Of a stretch of 64,000 nucleotides of DNA, positions 1-13,939 are shown one piece after another. The DNA is from Octopus vulgaris. Its lineage: Eukaryota. The translations under genes and the position numbers were made by a program. Positions within the stretch are counted from its first letter, which is position 1; each line of letters begins with the position of its first letter. The notes beneath the pieces are model-generated. The model was not told the DNA's origin, did not search any database, and saw only the letters and a list, made by a program, of their open reading frames with translations. The DNA lies in the NCBI GenBank assembly GCA_951406725.2, contig OX597827.1:46686001-46750000 (forward strand). Reading direction: 5' to 3'.

Positions 1-757
1 CGATTCCGTTTGCCAGTTTCAGACATTGCAGTGGAGTGCATCGTACTCACCATGATCACGTACTTTCTGTTTCGTCAGATCAACGCCAGGAGACCACTGT
101 CCGTCGAACGGTATGCAAATTCTCCTTTCTCAAGTTTCGGCTTTCGAAGATCGAGGGGCATGTTCCTCCTGAAAGCGCGGACCGTCCCACAGGCGTTTGT
201 TCTCCTGGCCTGCAGCTGCTGAAACAAGTCGGGACTGGAAAACCAGTCATCCATAGAAATGTTATACCCTTTGTCTAACAGTTAGTCATTCAATGACGAC
301 ATTAGTTGATGCTAGAACGTCCGCGACCCTGTCCTCGCCAGTATATATTTTAAAGTTCCAGATATAGCCACATGCGACACCGGATGGCTGATAAACTTTA
401 TATACTTTCACTCCAAAGCGCGCACGTTTTGTAGGGTTGTACTGTCTGAATCGCAACCGCCCCTTGAATTTCCAGAGACTTTCGTCTGTGGAAATATCTT
501 GCGTAGGTATATAGACAGTTTTGAAATTTTCCGTGACTGCGTCAACAATTGGCCGAAGTTTGTGCAGCCTGTCTTCGGTGTTGACACCCGAGTTGAAGTG
601 TAGGCTTTTCAGTAGCGCGAAAAAACCATCGCGCGGCATCGTGTCGGCGAAAAACGGTGTCGCCGTTTGAGAGTTCCTACTCCAATACGAACCGAGGGTG
701 GGTTTTCTTACGATGCCCATGAGATTAAGTAGAGCAAGAAACACTTTGATTTCATCA
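1..757 (-). pseudogene. Decayed piggyBac-like (PGBD4-type) transposase fragment, runs off the window start
   Basis: ORF 286-888 contains EIKVFLALLNLMG, YWS, DISTDESLWKFKGRLRFRQYNPTKRARFGVK and YIWNFKIYTG. After a stop/frameshift the reading continues as LLDKGYNISMDDWFSSPDLF..NACGTVR..LI*RNRKYVIMVSTMH. The N-terminal poly-D/N is only the adjacent (CAT)n/(ATT)n microsatellite. Confidence 0.9.
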
Positions 758-758
758 A

Positions 759-857
<99 letters not shown>

Positions 858-911
858 CATTATTATTATCATCATCATCATCATACATGCATTGTACCTA
901 TAGTAGAAAGG

Positions 912-970
<59 letters not shown>

Positions 971-1000
971 CATTAGTAGTAGTAGTAGTAGTAGTAGTAT
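758..1000. repeat. Compound (CAT)n/(ATT)n/(AGT)n microsatellite truncating the piggyBac fragment
   Basis: Direct reading. Confidence 0.95.
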
Positions 1001-1168
1001 TCATCCGCCTTTACGCTCTGGGTTCTAATTCCGCCGTGGTCGACTTTATCTGTCATCCTTTCGGGGGGCGTCGATAAATTTAAGTACTAGTTGAGCACTG
1101 AAGTCAATGTAATAGACAAGTGCCATCCCACCCCCAAACTCCAGGCCTGGTGTCAATAGTAAAAAAAG

Positions 1169-1243
<75 letters not shown>

Positions 1244-1570
1244 ATACAATTTCAGGTGTCTACATTACTATCATTGATTTTTACTTCTTAGTAATTGTAT
1301 TTATTATTGATGCTCGTGTTATTGACGCTGTAGGAAATTATTACTGTTATTTGCACAATTGCTCCCAATACACAAAACATCTGTGTCTTCATCGTTCCCC
1401 GGTCTACCATTTAATCTGAAATATGAAGGAGTCGATTACCGCTGCGGCGGAAAAAAAAATTTTTTTCACACCGCTACAAACATACGCCATGTTGAAATGA
1501 ATTTCTACATTGAAAGTAGAAATAAATATTAAGCAACAAAAATAACTTCAACTACACACGCACCCACCAA

Positions 1571-1676
<106 letters not shown>

Positions 1677-1747
1677 CACACACTAACAAACATGCACATA
1701 TATATGTATACACACACTGAACACACATATATATAGGTGTGTGTGTA

Positions 1748-1895
<148 letters not shown>

Positions 1896-2024
1896 CATGC
1901 ACCGATACAGAAACACACACATTCACACACACATAAGTATGTGTGTGCGTATACATGTTTGTATGTGTGTGTGTGTGTGTGTGTGTGTGGGTGTGTGTGT
2001 GGGTGTGTGTGTGCATATCTGTGT

Positions 2025-2425
2025 AGGCTTAGGAGTGGCTGTGTGGTAAGTTGCTTGTTTACCAACCACATGGTTCCGGGTTCATTCCCACTGCATGGCA
2101 CTTTGAGCAAGTGTCTTCTACTATAGCCTCGGGCCGACTAAAGCCTTGTGAGTGGATTTGGTAGACGGAAATTGAAAGAAGCCCGTCGTATATATGTATA
2201 TATGTATGTGTTTGTATATCTTTGTATGTCTTTGTTAGTCCTCCCCCAACATCGCTTGACAACAGATGCTGGTGTATTTACGTCCCCGTAAAATAGCGGT
2301 TCGGCAAAAGAAACCGATAGAATAAGTACTAGGCTTACAAAGAATAAATCCTGTGGTCGATTTGCTCGACTGAAGGTGGTGCTCCAGCACGGCCACAGTC
2401 AAATGACTGAAACAAGTAAAAGAGT
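2025..2425 (+). mobile_element. tRNA-derived SINE family A (full copy). Other copies: 9046-9440(-), 13390-14060(-), 16290-16782(-), 26850-27220(+), 36268-36676(-), 38696-39046(-), 47320-47520(-)
   Basis: Head with A-box (TGGCTGTGTGG) and B-box-like GGTTCA.TCCC, an internal (TA)/(TG) microsatellite, and tail GGTGCTCCAGCA(C/T)GGCC..TGACTGAAACAAGTAAAAGA. At least 8 recognisable copies in the window. Confidence 0.9.
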
Positions 2426-2544
2426 GAGTGTAAGTGTATGTATCTGTGAGCATGAATGAATGTATGTGACTGTTTTGTATTTGAGTGTGTTTGTGTATCC
2501 AAAAGAGGCCACCCAAGCCTGAATTCCAAACATAGAAACTCTCA

Positions 2545-2873
2545 CAACTGGCTCTCCGTCGCTTACGACGACGAGTATTCCAGTTGATCTGATCAACGGA
2601 ACTGGCTAATCGTGAAATTAAAGTGCAAGTGGCTGAGTACTCCTCAGTCACGCGTTCCCTTAACATAGTTCTCAGGGAGACTCAGCACGACACAGAACCG
2701 CGACAAGTCTGTCCCTTTAAATTACAGGTACCACTCATTTTTACCAACTGAGTGGACTGTAGCAATATAAAATAAAGTGTTTTGCGAAAAAAACACAACG
2801 CGCTGCCGGGAATCGAACTCGCGACCTTACGATCGTGAGCCGAATGTCCTAACCACTAAGCCACGCGCCTTCA
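2545..2873 (-). mobile_element. tRNA-derived SINE, head H2 (CORE-like) plus tail T1
   Basis: Minus strand reads GTGAAGGCGCGTGGCTTAGTGGTTAGG...GAGTTCGATTCCC, then the CORE-like GCAAAACACTTT..CAGTCCACTCAG..AAAAATGAG. The tail is shared with 14821-15000 and 50520-50690. Confidence 0.85.
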
Positions 2874-3234
2874 CTAATCCTCACAACAAAGTTTACCGCT
2901 CGAACCAAAAAGTTCCTGTTCCGAAAATCCCAGCCACAACCCAGCCCCAGTAACATTTTTAGAGAAGTCCGACTCACACCCCTCTTATTAACCCTTTAGT
3001 AAATTGTATGCGGAGCAGCGTTCACTTTTCGCACCTTTCCCCTCGTGTAGTACTTGAAAATTTTCGTGAGGCTGGAGAGGAAGGCTTTTGACCCCCTTAG
3101 TTGTTTTTACCCAAGTTACTGATTCTTCATTCACCATAGTCGCTAAGCAGAGAAAAACTGGTCTTAGCTTTCCTCGCTAAAGGAAGTCTTAAAGGGCTAC
3201 CTTCACGATGGTTTCACTCGGTTGGTAACCGGGC

Positions 3235-3980
3235 CCATCAGCGAAAATTTTTTTCCCACGAGAGTTCCGCACCCCAGTTATGAAATCAGTTATGTATGGG
3301 TGTTCCAAGCAGTGCTGTTTTCTGCAAGTGCTCCACCCTTATTGCAGCCCCTATTTGTTCCACGTACTTCTCGAGATTTGCACACAGCCAATCAGAGCTC
3401 AACTATCAAACTAATTCATGAGCGCATAACAAGTGATGGGCGATAAGATAAGGTCACTTGGCTAAGGAATAACCATGCTTCTTTTCTCTTTTAGCAATGC
3501 TTGTTGCTCTTGTTCTCGTTTCAATCATGGCTGCCTCTGCGTAGTTACTTTGTAAAACAGTAAGGGGAGAGGGCTGCTAGCACATCACCCTCTACCCATA
3601 TTTCCCCCATCCACATCTTTACCATAAGGGGCCCTAACAAAATCCGATAATAGGTATAGATGCAAATCTATCTAATTTCTTGTTTTCTTTCTAAAACCAG
3701 GCATAACTTCGCAATCGGTCGACTTACAACCCCGCTCTTCATCTTGAGTTTATTTGGTAGAATGTGTTTTACCAAGAGATTGGTTGTTTTTAACTCATTC
3801 ACAAATGTTATGTTGGGCTTTGAGTCTGAGAACTGGACGGATCTGATCCTTCGTTATCCGCATGGCTGCCTCTGCGTAGTTTGTGTGCAACAAGGTCAAG
3901 GTAAGCTCTGATTGGCTGTATGCAAATGAGTTCATTACTGGGGTCCGGAACTCTCGTGGGAAATAATTTCACGGTCCGTC
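3235..3980. mobile_element. Non-autonomous inverted-repeat (MITE-like) element
   Basis: TTCCCACGAGAGTTCCGCACCCCAGTTATGAA (~3253) is inverted at ~3931-3962. CAGCCAATCAGAGC is also inverted, and CATGGCTGCCTCTGCGTAGTT is an internal direct repeat (3527, 3861). Confidence 0.6.
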
Positions 3981-4395
3981 CTCTACAAGCCAGCAGAAGC
4001 TAATAAAACATTCCTTGTGCGTTCTGTAAGGAAATTTGGAATGAAATGATAGCGAGCACGCGATCGATTTGAGACGCTAATTTGATTTGTTACATAAAGG
4101 CAATATCTTCAGCGAGCAATTTCAATAATTGATCTTTTATTATTGTTTTGGGGGAGGATTTCAGTGTTATTTTGGGGTGATGAATAACAAGTGAGATAAA
4201 AATTAAAAGTACAAAAAAAAACAAGCAAAAAAACCCCAGAAAAAAACGAAACAAAAAACAAAATGAAAAATTAATGTATCCTTTAATGTGTTACATCGGA
4301 GCAGTTCGTTCTTTATCCTTTATTGAATTCCCTGCAGTAAGGTAACACAGAGAGAAAGAAAGAAAGCGAGAGAGAGAGAGAGAGAGGGAAAGTGT

Positions 4396-4449
<54 letters not shown>

Positions 4450-4539
4450 AAGAGAAAGAGTGAGGGTACGCGGAAAGTATATATGTGTGTGGGTCCCGCT
4501 ATAACTTCCTGATATATGTATGTATTTACTGTTGGTTGT

Positions 4540-4580
<41 letters not shown>

Positions 4581-4651
4581 GTAAGCACATAAATGTGAAA
4601 CAAAATGGAAAAAATAGTACCCGAATACCAGAGACAGAGTAATAAACTTTA

Positions 4652-4730
<79 letters not shown>

Positions 4731-5019
4731 TTAGGGAATAAATCCAAACTTACAGGGAAAAATTAGATTTAGGATTAAATCCAATTTTATAGTATAAATA
4801 TATTATATTATATTAAATTAGAGATAAAAACACTATTAGGCAAATCAAACAGTGAAAAACATAAGCCAATACATAAAATTTATATTAATTAATTTAAAAA
4901 TATAAAAGTTAAAAATTAAAAAATTATTTAAATAATTTAAACTTATAAATTTTTATTTTTTTTTATTTTTTATTTATTTATTTATTTATTTTTATAAATA
5001 TCAAAAGTATTAAAAGTTT

Positions 5020-5237
5020 AATAAGTTAATCCAAACATGAAAACACAAAGAGAAAACACAACAACGCGAGGACGTGGAACAAATATAGTATTATTGGACG
5101 CCCAGGAAGGAAGGGAAGAAGGAGGGTTTAACGTTTCGAGTGGAGCTCTTCGTCGGAAACATAGGAGAAGGAAAGATCCAGAGAAGGGAAGACAGAGGAA
5201 AGAAATCGCCAACGGTACACACGCGGTCACATTTTGA
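5020..5237 (-). repeat. ~215 bp dispersed repeat carrying a hammerhead-like motif (Penelope pseudo-LTR-like); second copy 26440-26655(+)
   Basis: Two clearly homologous copies, each containing C(T/C)GACGAAGAGCTCC(G/A)CT(C/T)GAAACGTTAAA. Confidence 0.75.
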
Positions 5238-5947
5238 ATGACCAGAAAATTCGGGTGAGAGGTTTAGTCGATTAAATCGAGCCCACTGTCAAAGTGGTAC
5301 ATATTTTATCGACCCCGAAAGGATAAAAAGCAAAGTCGATCCCGGCGGAATTTGAACCCAAAACGTGAAGATAGACGAAACGTCGCTAAGTAGTTTGCCC
5401 TGGTGTGCTATCGACCGCTTTACCAATATTCATAACAGAGATAGGAACCAACAAAAATACTTATTCTTCCGGTTCATGCATGTAAAATTAGTAACAACTC
5501 CACCAACTGAAAAAAAAAAATCAAAGCAAACTCGGTAATAACAAGAACAATGAAAAACAACAAAACAAAAACCAACAAGAAAATAACGAAATCTATAAGT
5601 AGGCAAACAAACAAACAAACAAAAAACAACAGTAATAAACCAACAGCAACAACAACATCAACAACAGCAAAGGCAAAGGAACATAAAACAATGAGTGGTG
5701 GTGAGTCGATCAGATTTGGTTAATTTGCAAGTTTGGACTTTTTCAGGCGACGAATCTTTGAGATTTGTTGTTGGTAAAAGTTTAATATAAAACAAAAGCA
5801 GAAATGTTTACAATGAAAGACATCTTCCCCCAGGCTTCTCGTCTTGTTAGGCTTGGATGGAAAATTACTCTTCCTGTTTCTTTTAGAATATTCTTTAGAA
5901 TTATCTTTCTCTAGATTTTTCCATTCTCTCTTTCTCTTTCTCTTTCT

Positions 5948-5989
<42 letters not shown>

Positions 5990-6060
5990 AACTATCGTTC
6001 TTCTCGCTCTTATTTTTTCTCTCTCTCCTTCTCCCTTTCTTTTTCTCTCTCTCCCTCTCT

Positions 6061-6097
<37 letters not shown>

Positions 6098-6241
6098 ATA
6101 CATAATATCGCTTCAAGTGCTTTTCTGCTACTTCTGTTTACAGTGCAATTTGAAAATGTTTCGTAAGAAACTTGGCTGAAATGATGATGTTGAACTATGT
6201 TAGATGATGACGAAGATGACGACGATGAGGATGATGAAAGG

Positions 6242-6281
<40 letters not shown>

Positions 6282-6348
6282 GAGCAATAGGAGAAAGACG
6301 ATGAAGGGGTGGCATTGGGATGACAGAAATGATGATAATCATCATCAC

Positions 6349-6381
<33 letters not shown>

Positions 6382-6684
6382 AATCATTATCATCATCATC
6401 ATTGTCGTCATCATTATCACCATCATCATCGTCGTTGTTGTCGTCGTCGTCATCATCATTCATCATGTGAATGAGTGGGCGGATTGCGATTGTGGTTTTT
6501 ACTTTATCAATTATATGTGAACACAAGAAGAAGACGACGAAGAAGAAGGAGGAGAAGGAGGAGGGTAGAAACAAACAAAGACAGACAAAGGCGGAACGAA
6601 ATGAACATGTGCGCGTGAAGTAGACAAAAGTGCTTGGATATATGTGTTAGAAACACACATACACACACTCAAACACACATACAT

Positions 6685-6725
<41 letters not shown>

Positions 6726-6895
6726 CATACAAGAAAACAAAAAAAAAATGGAACAAGAACGTAACAGGCGACGACAAAACATCCGGACAGTAACACAATA
6801 CAAAAAAGGACAGAAAAAAAAACAAGGACGAGTCATTCGGAGTTTTCTATCTTCAGTTGAGTTCCAGATTTTCTCAGTAGTTTCGGCCGGTTATA

Positions 6896-7005
<110 letters not shown>

Positions 7006-7017
7006 ATAAAAAATAAC

Positions 7018-7270
7018 TGTTTCCTTCTCGAGCCATGCCAGGCTCATAAAGGCCGGTTTCCTGGTATTAGTGGCGTATAGATTCCCCACCTGGATGGGAC
7101 GCCGATTACTCGTAGGAATAATCATTTTTGCTTTACCAGCTGAGTGGACTGGAGCAACGTGAAATTAAGTGTTTTGCTCAGAACACAACACATTGCCCGG
7201 TCCAGGAATCGAAACCACAATCTTACGATCATGAGTCCAACACCCTAAACACTAAGCCACGCGATTTCAC
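7018..7270 (-). mobile_element. tRNA-derived SINE, head H2 plus tail T3; related copy 49738-49950(+)
   Basis: GTGGCTTAGTG..GGTTTCGATTCC head, CORE-like middle, tail GGCGTCCC..CCAG.TGGGGAA..ATACGCC..GGAAACCGGCC. Confidence 0.8.
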
Positions 7271-7280
7271 ATTCCTGTAG

Positions 7281-8118
7281 ATAGGGTGCAGTGAATAAAC
7301 AGTTGTCTAAACTACCCAAAAATGAAAATAACACTGACATCTCATTTTAACAGATATATTTACCAAAATTACATAAAAATATTTTGAAATACTAAAGAGT
7401 AATGTAATTCCATAACATCACCATTGGCTTCAACTATGGTCTCTAGACGACTTCGGAATCTCCTGTAAATCTTCTAGACGGTCTCTTTGTTTGAGTTGGT
7501 GAGTGCTGCCATAATTCTTGCCTTCAGTTCATCTTAGGTGTTACAAGGAGTTTTGTTGGTCTCTCGCTCAACTGCGCCCAACAAATAATAATCTTGGGGT
7601 TGCAGTCTAGGGAGTAAGGTGGCCAGATGTTAAGGGTGGTGTGGTAGCAGAAATTCTCTGACAGCCATGACTGGATTCTCCTGCCTGTGTGGCATGGTGC
7701 TGAGTTCTGTTGCCAGACGTAGGGTCTTCCAGCAGCTACCCTCTTAGCCCAGGGCCTCAGCAGGAGGATAAATGGAGGCATACGCCGCTATCACTAGCGA
7801 TCACTCCATGTACCATGATGTTGACTGGATGTTTGATTATTATCACTCTAGGTAGATGTCCTCATACTGCACTATCTTCAGATGGACACTCAAACACTCT
7901 GAAATGTTCGTATTGGAGATTCCGGATTGAATGCCAAGCAGAACAGCATGTCGTTTCCAATTTTTTGGCAGAGTGAATTGCGCCATGATGCTGTTTTTTC
8001 TCACAAATAGTGCCCAACTGACCCTACTATATTGTGTAGTCGACAAAAATCGAAAACAAACGATGCGCATGCGCGAAAATAAAAATATAAAATGGTGACA
8101 ATTTATCCATCGTACTCT
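7281..8118 (-). mobile_element. Decayed Tc1/mariner-superfamily (maT-like) transposon with degenerate TIRs
   Basis: Translation RVAAGRPYVWQQNSAPCHT..WLSENF..WPPYSLDCNP corresponds to the QQDSAP.H and WPP.SPD.NP motifs. Ends AGGGTGCAGTGAATAAA and GACAATTTATCCATCGTACTCT are roughly inverted. Confidence 0.8.
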
Positions 8119-8174
8119 TGTGTGTGTACATATATATACACACACACACATACACACACTCATGTGCACACATA

Positions 8175-8259
<85 letters not shown>

Positions 8260-9466
8260 TGTATACGTTTTAGTGAAAGTCAGTTGATTTTGCAACTCGA
8301 GTGTCTTGACACTGCAATTGTCAGACAGAACCATGTTTTTCCCCTCTGTTTTTCAACATAGTTTTACATACTTTGGTGAAATATAGACAGATGAAGACAA
8401 TAAAAACGTGCATATGTATATTACATATTTGGTTATGTGGATGTGAATAAGTATTGCATTGTCTGAATAATTCATGTCTTTTTTTTCATCCTACTTGGAG
8501 TTCCATTGTCATATGACTGAAAATTTCAAATGACTGAAAATTTCAAAACCCCCCCCCAAAAAAACGGTAAACAGAAGTTGTAGAGTTAAAATAGAGTTAC
8601 AAGAAACACCAACAAAATACAATTATTTTTGGAGTTAATTCAAATGACATTGGAAGGATTAAAAAACAAAACAATGAAATGGAAAAAAAACGAGTGTATT
8701 TATCTGATAACTCTATAATACATGTATATTTAGTTCAAATTTAACGAAAACAAAAGACGAAGACAAGCGTAGGAACAACACGTAGGTGTATTAGTTTAAC
8801 GCTCGGGAAGAATGGAAAAGTTTTCTATGTTTCGAGTCTACGCTCTTCGACAGAAATGATTAAAAGGAGTGGGGAAACGGAGAGAAAATAAGATGTGTTG
8901 GGTTTAACGGTTCACCATGATAAATAAGAGGCTGAATGAAAGGGAGATAATAACGATGACCCAGCATCCGAACGAATTTGCTCAAGCGCGTGCGTGTATG
9001 TGAGAATATATATTTAGTTACTTGTTGTTGTAATTCTGTTATTCGTTTACTTGTTTCAGTCATTTGACTGCGGCCATGCTGGAGCACCGCCTGTAGTCGA
9101 ATCAAATCGACCCCAGGACTTATTCTTTGTCAGCCTAGTACTTATTCTATCGACATCTTTTTACCGAACCGCTAAGTTACGAGGACCTAAACACACCAGT
9201 ATCGGTTGTGAAGCGATGTTGGGGGGACAAACACAGACACACAAACACGCACACACATACATATATACACATATATACGACTGGCTTCTTTCAGTTTCCG
9301 TCTACCAAATCCACTCACAAGGCTTTGGTCGGCCCGAAGCTATAGAAGAAGGCACTTGCCGAAGGTGCCACGCAGTGGGACTGAACCCAGAACCATGTGG
9401 TTCGTAAGGAAGCTACTTACCACACAGCCACTCCTGCGCCTTTAATGTTAACATAGAACATATCTA

Positions 9467-9675
9467 ATGCGGTGAAATGGCAGAATAGTTACCGTACCGG
9501 ATAAAATGCTTAGCGGCATTTCATTTGTCTTTACGTTCTGAGATCAAATTCGGCCACGGTCTTCTTTGCTTTTCATCCTTTCGGAGTCAATAAAATAAGT
9601 ACCAGTTGTGTACTGGGGTCGATGTAATCGACTTACCCCTTCTCCTGAAAATACTGGTCTTGTGCCAAAATTTGA
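9467..9675 (+). mobile_element. tRNA-derived SINE family C. Other copies: 1003-1160(+), 5245-5420(-), 10950-11200(-, two partial), 11245-12335(-, split), 15700-15918(-), 22660-22846(-), 42690-42890(-), 62150-62220(-), 62986-63150(+)
   Basis: Head GCGGTGA..TGGCAGAAT.GTTA and GAG(T/A)TCAAATT, with conserved central CTTTCATCCTTTCGG(G)GTCGATAAA.TAAGTACCAG. Confidence 0.88.
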
Positions 9676-9869
9676 ATCTAAGATAGGACAACTTTAGATC
9701 CTTTGTCAACACGATAGATGTATATCCTTTACTTGTTTCAGTCATTGGATTGGGGTCATGCCTGGAAGCGTTTGGTCCAACAAGTCGACACCATTTCTTT
9801 AACGCTTGCTGCTTATTCTTTCGACCTCTTTTGTTAACACACCGACACCTTTTGTCACGTGGTGGTGGA

Positions 9870-10940
9870 CACACACACACACCGGCGCGCATGCGCACAC
9901 ACACACACACACACACAAACATACACACACATACACGCACACTCACAGACGCAGACACACACAAGCATACACACACACAACACACACACACGGACACAGA
10001 CACAGACACACACGCAGACACACGCACAGACATACACACACACACGCGCACACACTCACAGATGTAGACACACACATACACACACAAACACACACAAACA
10101 GACAGAGGCACACACAAACACACACATACATGGACACAGACACATATACACACACAAATACACACACACACACACACACAGAGACACACACGCAGACACA
10201 CAGAGACACACACGCAGACACACGCACCGACACACACACGCGCGCACACTCACAGACGCAGACACACACACATACACACACACAAACACAGATACACAGA
10301 GGCACACACAAACACACATACACACATGGACACAGACACACACACACACAGTCGCACACGCACAGACGCAGACACACACACATACACACAAACACAAATA
10401 CACAGAGGCACACACAAACACACACATACATGGACACAGACACAGACACACACACACACAAATACACCCACACCCACGCACACACAGACACATACGCAGA
10501 CACGCACGCACTGACACACACACGCACACAGAGACGCACGCATACACACACACACGCATACACACACACACGCACACACACACACAAACACAAACAGAGA
10601 CACACACAAACACACACACACACACATGGACACAGACACAGACACGCACACACAAATACACGCACAGACGCAGACACACACACATACACACACACACAAA
10701 CACAAATACACAGAGGCACACACAAACACACACATACATGGACACAGACACAGACACACACACACACAAATACACACACACCCACACACACACAAACACA
10801 AATGCACAGAGGCACACATAAACACACACACACACATGGACACAGACACACACGCACAGACATACACGCACAGCCACACACGCACACACACAGACACTCA
10901 CGCAAACACATGCACAGACACACACACACACACATACACG
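9870..10940. repeat. ~1.07 kb CA-rich compound minisatellite with higher-order units
   Basis: Recurring CACAGAGGCACACACAAACACACACATACATGGACACAGAC blocks (~10103, 10296, 10402, 10710, 10806). Confidence 0.9.
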
Positions 10941-11330
10941 CTTCATTAATACTTTATTTTATCGAACCCGAAAGAATGAAGGACAAAGCTGATTGACTTC
11001 GGCAGGTTTTGAAATCAGAACGGAAAGAGCTGCAACAAATATCGCAAGGCAGTTCCCCTCTCTACCCCACAGTAATTCTAAGGATTTTATCGACCCGAAA
11101 AAAATAAAAGGAAAGGTTGACTCGGTGGGATTTGAAATCAGAAAATCAGATCGTAAAGATCCGGAACAAATTACTGCAAAGGTATTTTTACGAAACCCTA
11201 AAGATTCGGCGTATCCATCACCTTTGTCTTTCTCTAAAAGTTCTTTCAAATTTTAGCATAGAGACAGCAGATTAAAGGAGAGAGGCAAGTCATTTACATC
11301 GACCGCTAATACTTGAATGGTACTTTATTT

Positions 11331-12198
11331 GGATCTTTTCGGTTTGAACGGCAGTTTTTTCTAGCGGTGTTACATGAAATTGTCACCCATAATTATGGCC
11401 CTAGTATAAACGAGGGACATATTCATACGACACAGAATGTTTTCACCTCGATAAACACATTCTACCAGTATACGAAGTTTAAAATTTTTTAGTTACCTAG
11501 AAATTATGTTAAAAACTGCATTTCTATTGCATTTCAATCTGTTTTAGGTTAGGGTTAGTTAGGGTTAGGGGTAGGAGGAAGGGTATCTTTTTTTTCTTCA
11601 CAAATGTAAATAAACCCAGTCTGTTTCTTAAACGAGGGACATATTCATACGGCACAGAATGTTTTCAACTCGATAGACGGTCACTGATTGGTTGAAATTG
11701 CCGAAATGCAAGAAATTAAAGACCAAATATCTTACAAACTATAGAATTTTCTCAATAAAGCCAAGAGAAAAAGATGTTTTATAAACACATTCTACCAGTA
11801 TACGAAGTTTAAAATTTTTTAGTTACCTAGAAATTATGTTAAAAACTGCATTTCTATTGCATTTCAATCTGTTTTAGGTTAGGGTTAGTTAGGGTTAGGG
11901 GTAGGAGGAAGGGTATCTTTTTTTTTTCACAAATGTAAATAAACCCAATCTGTTTCTTAAACGAGGGATATATTCATACGGCACAGAATGTTTTCACCTC
12001 GATAGACAGTCATTGATTGGTTGAAATTGCCGAAATGCAAGAAATTAAAGACCAAATATCTTACAAACTATAGAATTTTCTCAATAAAGCCAAGAGAAAA
12101 AGATGTTTTATAAACACATTCTACCAGTATACGAAGTTTAAAATTTTTTAGTTACCTAGAAATTATGTTAAAAACTGCCGTTCAAACCGATAAGATCC
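11331..12198. mobile_element. MITE with ~28 bp TIRs, 8-bp TSD and internal 330-bp tandem repeats
   Basis: Left end GGATCTTTTCGGTTTGAACGGCAGTTTTT, right end AAAAACTGCCGTTCAAACCGATAAGATCC; CTTTATTT flanks both sides; AAACACATTCTACCAG recurs at 11453, 11783 and 12113. Confidence 0.9.
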
Positions 12199-12480
12199 CT
12201 TTATTTTATTACCACTCGTAAGGATGAAAGGCAAAGTCAACCTAGGCGGAATTTGAACTCCGATCGTATAGAGACGTAACAGTCGTCACCGGGAATTTTG
12301 TTCGGTGCGTCAACGATTCTAGCTATTCACCGCTCTGTCTTTCTCTAATGATAATACTGACATAAGGCGTTTTTGTATTTTGTTTATCAGATTGTATATT
12401 ATAGCTTTCGGAGGTGAGCTTATAACTGGCGGGAATCATAATTTTTCATATTAGTGCGCGCGCGGGCGTGTATGTGTGTT

Positions 12481-12524
<44 letters not shown>

Positions 12525-12626
12525 GACATACACACATATTTAAAAAAATTATAAGCCAATACTCTCATGTTATGTATATTATTTATTTCAAACAATTATA
12601 AACAATACGCTCACATTATATATATG

Positions 12627-12670
<44 letters not shown>

Positions 12671-12750
12671 CATATAATATATATGAATGTATGTATATAT
12701 ATGCATACGTATGTATATATATATATATATATATATATGCATACACACAC

Positions 12751-12798
<48 letters not shown>

Positions 12799-13604
12799 GT
12801 ATATATATGTATATATATATGTATATATATATGTATACATATGTATACATACGTATACATACACACATACACACACACACATAAATTTTGAAAAGTAATG
12901 GAGTAATGTCTGTCACTGTGAAATATTAGCCGTTTACTGAATTATATACTATGAGTTAAATTTGCATTTTCGTAAATAATGGGAAATCATTTGGTATTTT
13001 TTTTTAATTCAGTAATGAATATTTATGGTTTTAAACATGGTGTACATAACTTATCTGGGCGACCCAGGTACGTCACTAGTATATAAATAAACTGGGATAA
13101 AAGCAGAGACCGAAAGAGAGAAAGAAAGAGAGAGAGACAAAGAGAGAGAGATAGAGACAAAGAGAGAAGGGCGGGGAGAGATTGTGGAATCAAAGTACCA
13201 AAGTACCATTTATCAACAAAGCTTGCAAAACATAGGTGCATTCCAAAAGTATCCCACTTTACTTGTCCCAGGAAGGGTGTCGTCACCTTTTATCCCAAGG
13301 ATTTGGCTCAGGTGACATTAGTTTTGGCGGGAGAAAATAAAGTTGGAGGCTTTTTGAACGTGCCTCATATTTAAGTAGTTCCAGGCTATTACTCTTTTAC
13401 TTCTTTCAGTCATTTTGACTGTGGCCATGCTGGAGCACCGCATTTTATTGGAGCAAATCGACCCCAGGACTTATTCTTTGTAAGCCTAGTACTTATTCTA
13501 TCGGTCTCTTTTGCCGAACCGCTAAGTTACGAGTAAGCGATGTTGGGGGGACAAACACAGACATCAAACATACACTCACACACATACATACATACATACA
13601 TACA

Positions 13605-13650
<46 letters not shown>

Positions 13651-13787
13651 CATAAATTCAGGATGAATAATTGATATATGTAAGCACCTATATATGCCAG
13701 CTAGTAGTATTGGTGAGAGGACATATGTATCAAATAAAATAAAATGAAAAACAGGACGACATTTGTGTCCTGTTTTATATATGTATG

Positions 13788-13857
<70 letters not shown>

Positions 13858-13893
13858 CATATATATATATACATACATATATATATACATACA

Positions 13894-13939
<46 letters not shown>

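Noticed and set aside
286-888. Domesticated PGBD gene with an acidic N-terminus
   Set aside because: The acidic tract is a microsatellite, the frame is broken at ~286, and there is a stop near the third catalytic Asp position.
5691-5746. AAAACA-ATG-AGT-GGT-G|GTGAGT as a first coding exon
   Set aside because: It would need a 46-nt intron to the next acceptor, and there is no independent support.
11545-11900. TTAGGG motifs as an interstitial telomere
   Set aside because: Only a few degenerate units, and they are internal to a MITE repeat.
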